In this document: positions 44,878 to 54,158 of the stretch, piece by piece
How the letters are laid out: every line of letters begins with the position of its first letter
Numbering within the stretch: the stretch's first letter is position 1
NCBI GenBank assembly: GCA_022707965.1
Contig: JAKIZO010000003.1
Coordinates: 7,357-71,356 of the forward strand
Direction: 5' to 3'
DNA: 64,000 nucleotides
Source of the DNA: Bacteroidota bacterium
Lineage (GTDB): Bacteria; Bacteroidota; Ignavibacteria; Kapaibacteriales; UBA2268
Notes under the pieces: model-generated
The model's input: the letters and a program-made list of their open reading frames with translations, nothing else
The model's database searches: none
What the model was told of the DNA's origin: nothing
Translations under genes and position numbers: made by a program

Positions 44878-45843
44878 ATGGCTACACTTAAATTAAAAAA
44901 AACAGCACAAACTGCTTTAAAAGACTATATGGGTGTTTCAGAAGATGAAACATTGCTTGTTTTGTCTGATGAACCTATGCGTGAAATCGGAATGGCGTTG
45001 TTCGAAGCAGGGAAAAGTCTCTGCTACGAAGCGTTTTATTTAGAAATGTCTCCGAGAAAATTAAATGGCGAAGAACCACCAGACCAAATTGCTGGATTTA
45101 TGAAGAATGTAGATGTTGTTATCGCACCAACTTCCAAATCGATTACGCATACAAATGCCCGTAGAGAAGCATCAAAGCAGGGAGTGCGAATTGGGACAAT
45201 GCCAGGCATTTCGATTGAATCAATGACGCGGTGCCTGTCTGCTAATCCTGATGAAATAATTGAAATTAACGAGAAATTATCAACTATTCTTAGAAATACT
45301 AAAGAAATTCGGGTAACTACAAAGCTTGGAACCGATTTATTAATTCCGATAAAACAAAGAAGAATTATTTCCTCAACCGGTGTGCTGCGTAATATTGGCG
45401 AAAGCGGCAATATCCCTTCGGGAGAAGTCTACGTGGCTCCAATTGAAGGTAAGACCAACGGTGTTGTTGTCATAGATGGCTCTATTGCAGGATTTGGACT
45501 TGTTACTTCTCCTGTAACAATTGAAATAAATGATGGATTTGCTGAAAAGTTTTACGGCAAAACTGATGAAGCACGCCAGTTAGAAAAAACACTTCAAGAT
45601 GTTGGTAAATATGCTCGTGCAGTAGGTGAATTTGGAATTGGCACTAATCCGAAAGCTAAAATTTCGGGTGATATACTTGAAGATGAAAAAGTATTGGGAA
45701 CCGTCCACATTGCCTTCGGCAACAATTTATCAATGGGCGGGAAACTTAGTGTGCCTATTCACATAGACTGTATCATCAAAAAACCTACTGTTTTTGCTGA
45801 TGATGAAAAAATAATTGCTGCGGGAAAACTAATATTAGATTAA
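44878..45843 (+). CDS. Aminopeptidase, M29 (AmpS/PepS-like) family
   Basis: 321 aa. The motifs GEVYVAPIEG, GEFGIGTNP and GTVHIAFGNN resemble M29 metal-ligand regions. This is a family-level call only. Confidence 0.6.
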   Translation: MATLKLKKTAQTALKDYMGVSEDETLLVLSDEPMREIGMALFEAGKSLCYEAFYLEMSPRKLNGEEPPDQIAGFMKNVDVVIAPTSKSITHTNARREASKQGVRIGTMPGISIESMTRCLSANPDEIIEINEKLSTILRNTKEIRVTTKLGTDLLIPIKQRRIISSTGVLRNIGESGNIPSGEVYVAPIEGKTNGVVVIDGSIAGFGLVTSPVTIEINDGFAEKFYGKTDEARQLEKTLQDVGKYARAVGEFGIGTNPKAKISGDILEDEKVLGTVHIAFGNNLSMGGKLSVPIHIDCIIKKPTVFADDEKIIAAGKLILD

Positions 45844-46830
45844 TTTCCTTCTATTTTCATATATTTGATAAGCAGATTTGAAAGCCTCGATTGTGCTGTG
45901 AGGGTCTGCTATCGACTTCCCCGCAATTTCGAACGCAGTGCCGTGGTCAGGCGATGTTCTTATAATCGGCAAATTAGCTGTAAAATTCACACCATTGCCC
46001 TGAGAGAGAAGTTTCAGTGGTATAAGTCCCTGGTCGTGATACATCGCCAAAATACCATCATATTTTTTATATTCTCCGAAACCAAAGAACCCATCAGCTG
46101 AAAAAGGACCACTTACATTTATTCCACGTTCTTGAAGCTTGCGTATAGCAGGAATAACTATTTCAAGTTCTTCACGACCGATATTTCCATTTTCGCCCGC
46201 GTGTGGATTAAGTCCAAGCATTGCAATATTAGGCTTTTCGATACCAAAATCTATCTTCAAAGAATTATTAAACACAGAACCAATATGAATAATTCTGTTA
46301 TAAGAAATTTCATAAGGAAGTTCTTTGATAGGTGTGTGGAAAGTAACAAGCGCTACGCGAATTTTATCGTGAAAGAGTATCATTAGAGGGTGTTTGACAC
46401 CAAGAGCGTTCGCTATCATTTCTGTGTGACCCGGAAATTTCCATCCCGCAAGTTTTATTGCTTCCTTAGAAATTGGCATCGTAATTAATATATCGTAATT
46501 ACCTTTTGCAAGCTCTGAAACAGAAAATTCGAGGGAATGAGCTGCTACCAAACCAGAGTTTTGGTTAATCTTGCCAAATTCTATATCAATATCGTCAGTA
46601 GCTGAGAGAATTTGATATTTTCTCCCGTTCAAAATAAGATAATCATCAACAATTTTGTAAGGATATTTTATATACGTTAGATATTTATCAATTAAATTGA
46701 CATTGCCAGCTATATCAACCTTTGTATTTAGGAACCAGCTGCAATTCTCATTGAGATAATCCAGAGACTTCACCAGACATTCAATCCCTATGCCATTAGG
46801 GTCGCCAATTGTAGAGATAATCTTTATCAT
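45835..46830 (-). CDS. pdxA: 4-hydroxythreonine-4-phosphate dehydrogenase
   Basis: 331 aa with motifs GDPNGIG, GHTEMIA, GLNPHAGENG and SPDHGTAFEIAGK. Confidence 0.92.
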   Translation of the reverse strand: MIKIISTIGDPNGIGIECLVKSLDYLNENCSWFLNTKVDIAGNVNLIDKYLTYIKYPYKIVDDYLILNGRKYQILSATDDIDIEFGKINQNSGLVAAHSLEFSVSELAKGNYDILITMPISKEAIKLAGWKFPGHTEMIANALGVKHPLMILFHDKIRVALVTFHTPIKELPYEISYNRIIHIGSVFNNSLKIDFGIEKPNIAMLGLNPHAGENGNIGREELEIVIPAIRKLQERGINVSGPFSADGFFGFGEYKKYDGILAMYHDQGLIPLKLLSQGNGVNFTANLPIIRTSPDHGTAFEIAGKSIADPHSTIEAFKSAYQIYENRRKLI

Positions 46831-48077
46831 ATTGACCTCTTTAAATAGTGAGTTCTGTGAACATTCATCACCAAACCAACAAGAATTAAATTAGATATTA
46901 CAAAAGTGCCACCGTAACTCATAAATGGTAGTGGAATTCCCATTACTGGCATAACACCAATTGCCATTCCAATATTAATAAATGAGTGATAAAATAATAT
47001 TGAAACAGCACCAATACAAACAACGCTGTGAAATTTATCGTGAACTATTGAAGCAATATTAATCATTCTCCAAATCATCGAGAATAGTAGCAGAATAACA
47101 GATACTCCTCCAATAAAACCAAACTCTTCGGTTGGAACAGAGTAGATAAAATCCGTCCATTGCATCGGAATATAGCGAAGCTGAGTTTGTGTGCCTTGAA
47201 GAAAACCTTTTCCTGCAAGCCCTCCGCTACCAACAGCCATTACAGATTGAATTACATTATAGCCAGCTCCCAGCGGATTGGCTTCGGGCTCGACAAAAGT
47301 TTGTATACGAAGCTTTTGATGCGGTGAGAGATTTTCGTATACGTTGTCTGATATAAAATTCACTGAAAAGAAAATAAGGATAATCCCAATAGTAAGGATG
47401 AGATTTTTTCGAAAGGATATAAGAAATAGCGACAAAACTGCTGCTAATGAATAGAACCAAACGTCACCTTTGAAAGAAAACAGTATTAGGAAAGGTATGC
47501 AAATCAAAGTGTATAGAACGAACGGATTAAAGCCAATCCAAAGCAAAATTCCGTATAGCATAGCAAAAATAACAGTTGCAGTACCGAAGTCAGGTTGTTT
47601 CATAATCAACACTGTAGGAACAGCAACAATTAGCAAAACAAGACCAAAATCACGCCAGGTGTGAATATTCACACCTTTACTTGAAACAACTGAAGCAACA
47701 GCAAGCAAAACGCCAATTTTAGCAAATTCTGCTGGTTGCAACGAAAATCCACCTAAACGCAGCCACCCTTTCGTCCCATTAATTTCTACACCTGCAAAAG
47801 CAACAACTATAAGCAGCAACAAACTTAATATGTAAAAAGTCCAGCTATTAAATTTAATCCAACTATCAGGCAAATATGCAATAACAAACATAAATATTAA
47901 ACCAATACCAATTGAGACAATTTGTTTATAAAAAAAACTGCTCATATTGGAATCATAAGTAGCACTATATAGAGATAAAAGACCAATCAAAAGAATGGAA
48001 ATAGTGTTTATAAACAGCATCCAGTCAAACTGTGTTTTGTTGCGATTAGTTAAAAGTATGTTTTTATCAAGTTTCAT
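46827..48077 (-). CDS. rodA: FtsW/RodA/SpoVE-family peptidoglycan glycosyltransferase (probable RodA)
   Basis: 416 aa with about 10 TM helices and motifs PAEFAKI, EEFGFIGG and GIPLPFMSYGGT. Confidence 0.88.
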   Translation of the reverse strand: MKLDKNILLTNRNKTQFDWMLFINTISILLIGLLSLYSATYDSNMSSFFYKQIVSIGIGLIFMFVIAYLPDSWIKFNSWTFYILSLLLLIVVAFAGVEINGTKGWLRLGGFSLQPAEFAKIGVLLAVASVVSSKGVNIHTWRDFGLVLLIVAVPTVLIMKQPDFGTATVIFAMLYGILLWIGFNPFVLYTLICIPFLILFSFKGDVWFYSLAAVLSLFLISFRKNLILTIGIILIFFSVNFISDNVYENLSPHQKLRIQTFVEPEANPLGAGYNVIQSVMAVGSGGLAGKGFLQGTQTQLRYIPMQWTDFIYSVPTEEFGFIGGVSVILLLFSMIWRMINIASIVHDKFHSVVCIGAVSILFYHSFINIGMAIGVMPVMGIPLPFMSYGGTFVISNLILVGLVMNVHRTHYLKRSI

Positions 48078-48080
48078 ATG

Positions 48081-48815
48081 TTATTTTGCAATAGTAATAT
48101 TAATTACAGTTCCTGGCGATGCTAATTCATTTGGCTTTGGGAATTGGTCTATAACAGTATTCGGTAAATAAGTTTCGCTAATTTTGTACTGCACATTGCC
48201 TAACACAAACCCAGCTTCTTCGATAATTAATTTAACTTCGTCAAAACTAAAGCCAATAAGAGATGGTATTAGTGTTTGATTGATAGGTCCTTTGCTGATA
48301 GTGATATTTATCTTGCTGCCATAAGGAACCAGAGTCCCAGCAGAAATGGATTGATTGAAAATAGTATCTTTGGGATAATAATCATTATAGTCGTAATCAA
48401 TGTTTCCAAGCTCCAATCCTCGTTGCATTAGAGCAAGCCTTGCTGAACGAACACTTGAACCAATTAAGTAAGGCACTGCAACCTTTTCTTGTCCTTTGCT
48501 AACAGTAAGCAAAATTGGTCTGGAAGACTTTACAAATATATTGGGTGCTGGTGTTTGAGAAATAATTGTGCCTGATGGGAATTTTTCAGAGTATGCTTCT
48601 TTGGTGATTTTCCAGCTAAGACCACGTCTCTCTAAATCAAATTTTACGGTCTCTAATTTTTTTCCAATTAGATAAGGTACCTTAACTTTTTCGCCTGAAT
48701 TTATAACAGCAGGCATAATCAGGTTATCAAAAATTATCAGAAATAAAAGGAGAATTGCTAAATAAATAGCAAGAATTATGGCATACTTTCTATATTTGAA
48801 AAGATTTATTCTCAC
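48081..48815 (-). CDS. Membrane-anchored PASTA-domain protein (3 PASTA repeats, no kinase or PBP domain)
   Basis: 244 aa with an N-terminal TM helix followed by three repeats of the VPYLIG...A...L...GL...I type. Confidence 0.85.
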   Translation of the reverse strand: MRINLFKYRKYAIILAIYLAILLLFLIIFDNLIMPAVINSGEKVKVPYLIGKKLETVKFDLERRGLSWKITKEAYSEKFPSGTIISQTPAPNIFVKSSRPILLTVSKGQEKVAVPYLIGSSVRSARLALMQRGLELGNIDYDYNDYYPKDTIFNQSISAGTLVPYGSKINITISKGPINQTLIPSLIGFSFDEVKLIIEEAGFVLGNVQYKISETYLPNTVIDQFPKPNELASPGTVINITIAK

Positions 48816-49242
48816 TTAAATTAGCAATTACAATAAATTAAACATAAAAATGAATAACTAATTTAATAATAAATTGTTAATTATAAGAAACAAAAAGACA
48901 GAATAATATTTAGTTGGCAAAAAATAGACTTTTCTTTCTTATGTAGTAAAATAATAATACAATCTCAAAAGTGTTAAGAAAATGTTAATATTTTGCTAAT
49001 AAATTCAAATTTTTTTAGGAAAAAACTTATTTTTCTTTTGCTTTATAAAATATTTTTTTCTATATTAAGCATAGAAATAAGGTTTCAAGTGTTTTTAGCA
49101 CTGTTTACATATTATTAACAAAGCAAGGGGGATTATATACAATAATTCAAGTTACTCATTCACAAAGATTTTAAACGTTTTTTTAGTTTCTTTTTGCTTC
49201 TTTTCAGTTTATTACTTTTTTCACAAACAAAGGGTAGTGCCT

Positions 49243-52200
49243 ATGCTAAAACTTGCATGCTTTAAGCTACCACGAAAATCATCAGGTATGATTTTCAGAG
49301 GTATCTTCTTGACGGTTTTGATTGGGGTGCTGTCGCTTTCATTGCTGAGTGAAAGTGCTATTGCTCAATCAAAGCGTGCTACGGTTAAAGGTGTTGTTTA
49401 CGACGCAGAAACAAAAGCTCCACTCCCAAGAGCTTCTGTTTCGATCCCTGCATTGCGTGTTGGTGCAGTTACTGATGCTAAAGGTGCATTTTCTTTTGAA
49501 GCACCTGCGGGAACACACACATTAGAAATTCGATTTGTCGGCTACGAATCTCAAACAATGAAAATTACGCTACGAGAAGGCGAAACAAGAAGCCTCGACA
49601 TTGGACTTAAAACTCAAAGCATATTAACAAGCCAGATTGTTGTAGTTGGGTTAACAGGTGAAGTAGATAGAAATACACTTGGTAACACAATTGCATCAGT
49701 GAGTGGTAGAGATGTTGCAAATGTTGTTTCTCCTTCGGCAATCGATGCAATCAGCGGACGTGTCCCTGGTGTATTTGTAACAAGAAACTCAGGTACTCCT
49801 GGTGCTGGTACTTATATTACAATGAGAGGTCGCAAGTCAATTCTTGGTTCGTCGGAACCTCTCTATGTTGTTGATGGCATTGTTATCGACAACTCTTCAC
49901 TATATGATGGAAGCGGTATAGTGCAATTCTCGAACCGCGCAGTAGATATTAACCCACAAGATATTGAATCTATTGAAATTTTGAAAGGTGCGTCTGCTGC
50001 TGCAATTTATGGTTCGCAAGCAGCAAATGGTGTTATCTTAATCACTACAAAGCGTGGTAAGCTGCAATCTATGGATAAACCAGCACAGATTACTTATACC
50101 AGTTCATATACCTTCGACAAACAAGCTGGTGAAGTACCACTTCAAAGAGTATATGGTCAAAGAGTAAAATTCCAGGAGGGAAAACCTGGAAGTAATGACT
50201 CTTGGGGTGCAAGATTACCAGATAGTGTTAAAACATACGATCATTCTTCTGAACCATTCCGAACTGCCTTTTCGTACGAACAGTCACTTACAATTTCTGG
50301 CGGTGTTCCACAATTTGACTACTTAATTAATGGAACTTATGCAAGAAACGAGGGTTATGTTATTGGTTCATTGCTGGAAAGAACAAGTGTGAGAGCAAAC
50401 ATTGGTGCTCAGATTCTTCCAGGCTTCAATATTAAAACTAATAACAACTATATCATAACAAACAATGATTTGCCACAGGACGGTTCCAATACATCAGGTA
50501 TATTGTTAGGTGCGTTGCGTACACCACCAGAATTTAATAATAAGATATATTTATATCCTGATGGTTCGATGCGTAGATTTGGGACTTACGATAACCCAAT
50601 CTGGACACAGCATTTCAATAAGTTTAATTCAAAAATTAATCGTTTCTTGCATTCGACTGATGCAAAATGGCAAGTGTTCGACTGGATGAGTTTGAATGGT
50701 AGAGTTGGGTACGATAGATACTACTATCAAAACAACGAAAGATTGGCAGTCGGAAGTGCTGCTTCTGATAATCGTAGTGGTTATATTTCTGACCAAAGAA
50801 TTGACAATGAAAAAACAAATCTTGATTTTACTGCAAACTTCCAGACTTACTGGCTTGATAATCAATTCTTTACTACGTTTGTAACAGGTAGCCAGATTAT
50901 CTGGGATTATCGAACTTCAAATTATGGCGATGCAACAAGCACAATCCCATTCTTTGATATGTTAGCAGCAGGCGCTACAAGAGATGCTGGTTCAAGCAAA
51001 TATGAAAAGAAAACAGTAGGTATGTTTGCACAATTGACAAATACTTGGATGGAAAAATTATCTCTTACACTTGCATTACGTCGTGATGGTAGTTCAACTT
51101 TTGGCGAATCTGATAAGTTCCATTATTATCCAAAGGTTAGTTTCTCGTATGTATTGAGCAACGAAAGCTTCTGGGAATCATTGAAACCAGCATTTTCTAA
51201 CGTTCGTTTGCGTGCATCCTGGGGTGAAGCTGGTTCTCCATCATTACCAGACGTGTATGCTACAAACTTCTTATATGGTGTTGCTGGATTTTTCGATCCT
51301 TGGGGGCGCTCAACAACTGCTTCTCGTTCCGGATATATCGGAATTAAGCCAGGTGGTGGAACAAGTGCTGCATCGTATGTAGTTGCTGGTGCAAAAGACA
51401 TTAAACCCGAATTGACAATTGAACGCGAATATGGTTTGGACATTACATTCTTTGATAATTTATTCAACATTGAAGTTACATACTACAAGCAAAACGTATT
51501 TGATATGATTTTGAATGTTCCTGTTCCTACTTCAACTGGTTACGACCAACAACTACGCAATGCAGCTGAAATGTGGAACGAAGGCTTAGAATTCTCACTC
51601 AAAGCAAATCCAATTTCATTATTTGATTTCAATTGGGTAACTACTTTCAACTACTCACACAACCGCAATAAAGTAACTAAGATGATTATTAGCCCTGTTC
51701 AGAAACCAACAGATGTTATTACACTGGGTGGTGGCTTTGTCGGTATCCAGAACGTTGCAATGGTTGGTCATCCTCTTGGCGTATTTTATGGTTACGGATG
51801 GTTGCGTGATGTAAACGGTAAAATCGTTTATTCAGGCGAATATATTAAGCTTAATGACGATGGCTCTATTATGCGTGATAAGTATGGACGCGTTACAAAA
51901 ACTGATGCAAACGACCCGAACGGATTGCTTATGGTAGACGATTACGGAAATCCATATATCAACACACCAATTCAAGACCCCGACCAAAAGATTATTGGCA
52001 ATTCCAATCCAAAATTCCAGTTTAGCTGGCGAAACGACTTTACAATTATGCAGAATTTAACAATCGGTTTCTTATTTGATGCAGCAATTGGATTGGATGT
52101 ATGGAACGGAACTCGTGGTGCATTGTATAACTTTGGTACTGCTGGCGATACAAAGGATCGCGACGAGCCCTGGATTAATTTCGATGGCAAACCTGTTTTG

Positions 52201-52536
52201 GATGTTACAGATCCTAATAATCCTAAGCAAGTTACCAAAACTCCATTCTATCGTATGTATAGCAACGGGTTCTATATTAACGAGCCGTTCATTGAAGATG
52301 CTTCCTATATTAAGTTGAGAGAGCTCTCTATCGAATATCGTTGGAATGGCTTGAAAGATTGGAACATTCAAACTGTTGCATTTACTTTCTCTGCACGTAA
52401 CTTATTAACAATCACAGATTACAAAGGCTACGATCCTGAAGTTAATACATTCTCGTTAGCAGAAGGTCGTGGATTTGACTACTTCACTTTGCCACAAGTA
52501 CGTTCCTATCGTTTTGGTATTTCAATAATGTATTAA
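49243..52536 (+). CDS. susC: SusC/RagA-family TonB-linked outer-membrane transporter
   Basis: About 1097 aa. Signal peptide, CarboxypepD_reg-like N-domain (VKGVVYDAETKAPLPRASV), plug with IESIEILKGASAAAIYGSQAANGVILITTKRG, and the C-terminal SYRFGISIMY terminus. Confidence 0.93.
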   Translation: MLKLACFKLPRKSSGMIFRGIFLTVLIGVLSLSLLSESAIAQSKRATVKGVVYDAETKAPLPRASVSIPALRVGAVTDAKGAFSFEAPAGTHTLEIRFVGYESQTMKITLREGETRSLDIGLKTQSILTSQIVVVGLTGEVDRNTLGNTIASVSGRDVANVVSPSAIDAISGRVPGVFVTRNSGTPGAGTYITMRGRKSILGSSEPLYVVDGIVIDNSSLYDGSGIVQFSNRAVDINPQDIESIEILKGASAAAIYGSQAANGVILITTKRGKLQSMDKPAQITYTSSYTFDKQAGEVPLQRVYGQRVKFQEGKPGSNDSWGARLPDSVKTYDHSSEPFRTAFSYEQSLTISGGVPQFDYLINGTYARNEGYVIGSLLERTSVRANIGAQILPGFNIKTNNNYIITNNDLPQDGSNTSGILLGALRTPPEFNNKIYLYPDGSMRRFGTYDNPIWTQHFNKFNSKINRFLHSTDAKWQVFDWMSLNGRVGYDRYYYQNNERLAVGSAASDNRSGYISDQRIDNEKTNLDFTANFQTYWLDNQFFTTFVTGSQIIWDYRTSNYGDATSTIPFFDMLAAGATRDAGSSKYEKKTVGMFAQLTNTWMEKLSLTLALRRDGSSTFGESDKFHYYPKVSFSYVLSNESFWESLKPAFSNVRLRASWGEAGSPSLPDVYATNFLYGVAGFFDPWGRSTTASRSGYIGIKPGGGTSAASYVVAGAKDIKPELTIEREYGLDITFFDNLFNIEVTYYKQNVFDMILNVPVPTSTGYDQQLRNAAEMWNEGLEFSLKANPISLFDFNWVTTFNYSHNRNKVTKMIISPVQKPTDVITLGGGFVGIQNVAMVGHPLGVFYGYGWLRDVNGKIVYSGEYIKLNDDGSIMRDKYGRVTKTDANDPNGLLMVDDYGNPYINTPIQDPDQKIIGNSNPKFQFSWRNDFTIMQNLTIGFLFDAAIGLDVWNGTRGALYNFGTAGDTKDRDEPWINFDGKPVLDVTDPNNPKQVTKTPFYRMYSNGFYINEPFIEDASYIKLRELSIEYRWNGLKDWNIQTVAFTFSARNLLTITDYKGYDPEVNTFSLAEGRGFDYFTLPQVRSYRFGISIMY

Positions 52537-52550
52537 TCGGGGGATAGAAT

Positions 52551-53924
52551 ATGAAAAAATCAAATAAAAAAGTATTAAGTCTCTTGATGATGCTTCCATT
52601 GTTTGCTTTCATAGCAATCGCAATATCCAGCTGCGATATTGATGATAGCATCAATCAATCACCAAATGCTATTAATGAATCAAATGTAAAGACTGCAACT
52701 GGAATTAGAGGATTATTAATTTCTATGCAAGTTGCAGCAGGCGATTTTTATTCAGGCGACCGCTCACGCATTGCTTCGATGTGGTCTCGCCAGATGTGTG
52801 CTCCTCCGGGATTGGGACGTCCTCAACCGGTAAGCTGGAATTCATACCAAATGCAAACAGACGGATTTGTCGATGATATGTGGAAACTTGGCTATCGTGG
52901 TGTACGTATTGCAAACGACATTATAAATTACTCGCCAGAAGTTACTTTTGGTGCTAATAATCAGGCTCTGCAAAATACATTCATCGGTATTGCTAAAGTA
53001 TATAAAGCTTTGTTCCTTGGCGAACTTGCTGCTTTCTATGGGTCGATACCTGTTGATATTCAAGGATTGCAGGCTCCAACCTTTGTTTCCCAAGCTCAGG
53101 CTTATGATAAAGTTCAACAACTACTGACAGAAGCAATTACTCATTTCGCAAGCACTGATGCTGTTCCACAAGACTTGAACTTTGGCGGCGATGGTGCAAA
53201 ATGGACAAAGGTTGCTCATTCGCTCAAAGCCCGCTATTACCTGCACGCAATGAATTATCAAAAAGCAGCAGAAGAAGCTGCATTAGGTATTGATGCACCT
53301 AATATCGTGCTTCTTGGAATTTATAACGAAGCCGCTGGCGAATATTCTGTTTGGGGGCACTGGGCTTTAACCGAAGTTGGCGAACCTATTCGTGCTACTC
53401 ACACATTTGTTCGTGCTCTTCAAGCAGAAGCAGGCGACAAACGTCTAAGCGAATACTTCTATCCAAACTCTGATGGTAATTTTGTGGGCTATGCCTACTT
53501 CAATGAACCTGGTATAGAGCCAACTGATGATGAAAAAGATATCACAAAACTTGTTTCTTTGAAAAAATATGGTAAATATGCTGATGATTTCCCATTAATT
53601 TCATATCAAGAAACAGTCCTTATTCTTGCTGAAGCACTTGCACGCACAGGAAGAGAAGGAGAAGCCGCAACTCAGCTGAACATTATCAGAAATGCAGCTG
53701 GTTTGACTGATTTCTCGGGTTCGGGCGATGCTCTGATTGATGAAATATTGAAGCAGAAGTTCTTGCAGCTGTTCCTTGAAGGACAAGCATATACAGATAT
53801 GCGTCGCACTGGCAAAAAACCATCTCCAAATCTACCAATGCGTTTTATTTATCCAATAACTGAAAAGAACGCAAATCCTAATGTTCCAGCTGATAGCGAA
53901 GGTTTGGTAATGTGGCAGAAGTAA
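52551..53924 (+). CDS. susD: SusD/RagB-family nutrient-binding outer-membrane lipoprotein
   Basis: 457 aa with lipobox AISSC and a TPR-like helical pattern. The terminal motif FLEGQAYTDMRRTGK is typical of SusD-like proteins. It lies immediately downstream of susC. Confidence 0.88.
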   Translation: MKKSNKKVLSLLMMLPLFAFIAIAISSCDIDDSINQSPNAINESNVKTATGIRGLLISMQVAAGDFYSGDRSRIASMWSRQMCAPPGLGRPQPVSWNSYQMQTDGFVDDMWKLGYRGVRIANDIINYSPEVTFGANNQALQNTFIGIAKVYKALFLGELAAFYGSIPVDIQGLQAPTFVSQAQAYDKVQQLLTEAITHFASTDAVPQDLNFGGDGAKWTKVAHSLKARYYLHAMNYQKAAEEAALGIDAPNIVLLGIYNEAAGEYSVWGHWALTEVGEPIRATHTFVRALQAEAGDKRLSEYFYPNSDGNFVGYAYFNEPGIEPTDDEKDITKLVSLKKYGKYADDFPLISYQETVLILAEALARTGREGEAATQLNIIRNAAGLTDFSGSGDALIDEILKQKFLQLFLEGQAYTDMRRTGKKPSPNLPMRFIYPITEKNANPNVPADSEGLVMWQK

Positions 53925-53948
53925 AATAGTTCGGTTTGTAAGTATTGT

Positions 53949-53983
53949 GAGGCTGTCTCAATCTCTTGGGACAGCCTCTTTTT
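53949..53983 (+). terminator. Rho-independent terminator
   Basis: Stem GAGGCTGTC / GACAGCCTC with a 12-nt loop, followed by TTTTTG. Confidence 0.75.
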
Positions 53984-54158
53984 GCATATTTATTATTTTT
54001 GTTTTATTAACTTAATTGTGAAGATTTCCTTACCATAATATTTTCATTAATTGTGCATATCGAATATTTTGAAACTTTTATTTCGTAAAAGCGTAAATCT
54101 AATTTAAAGATTAAAGAAAAATCAATTTAAACTATCTATTTTAAAAAAGGAGATAACA

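Noticed and set aside
48816-49242. A 427-nt AT-rich divergent spacer between the PASTA-rodA unit and susC, inspected for small RNAs or repeats.
   Set aside because: I found only weak short similarities (for example TCTCAAAAGT, shared with the flank of the repeat at 29462) and no convincing structure. It is most simply a pair of divergent promoters.
49243-53924. An apparently higher GC content and different codon usage in susC/susD compared with the very AT-rich aro operon region (58-62.5 kb), considered as a possible sign of horizontal transfer.
   Set aside because: I cannot compute composition reliably by eye. Highly expressed outer-membrane genes often differ in codon bias. No mobility genes, tRNA or direct repeats flank the region.
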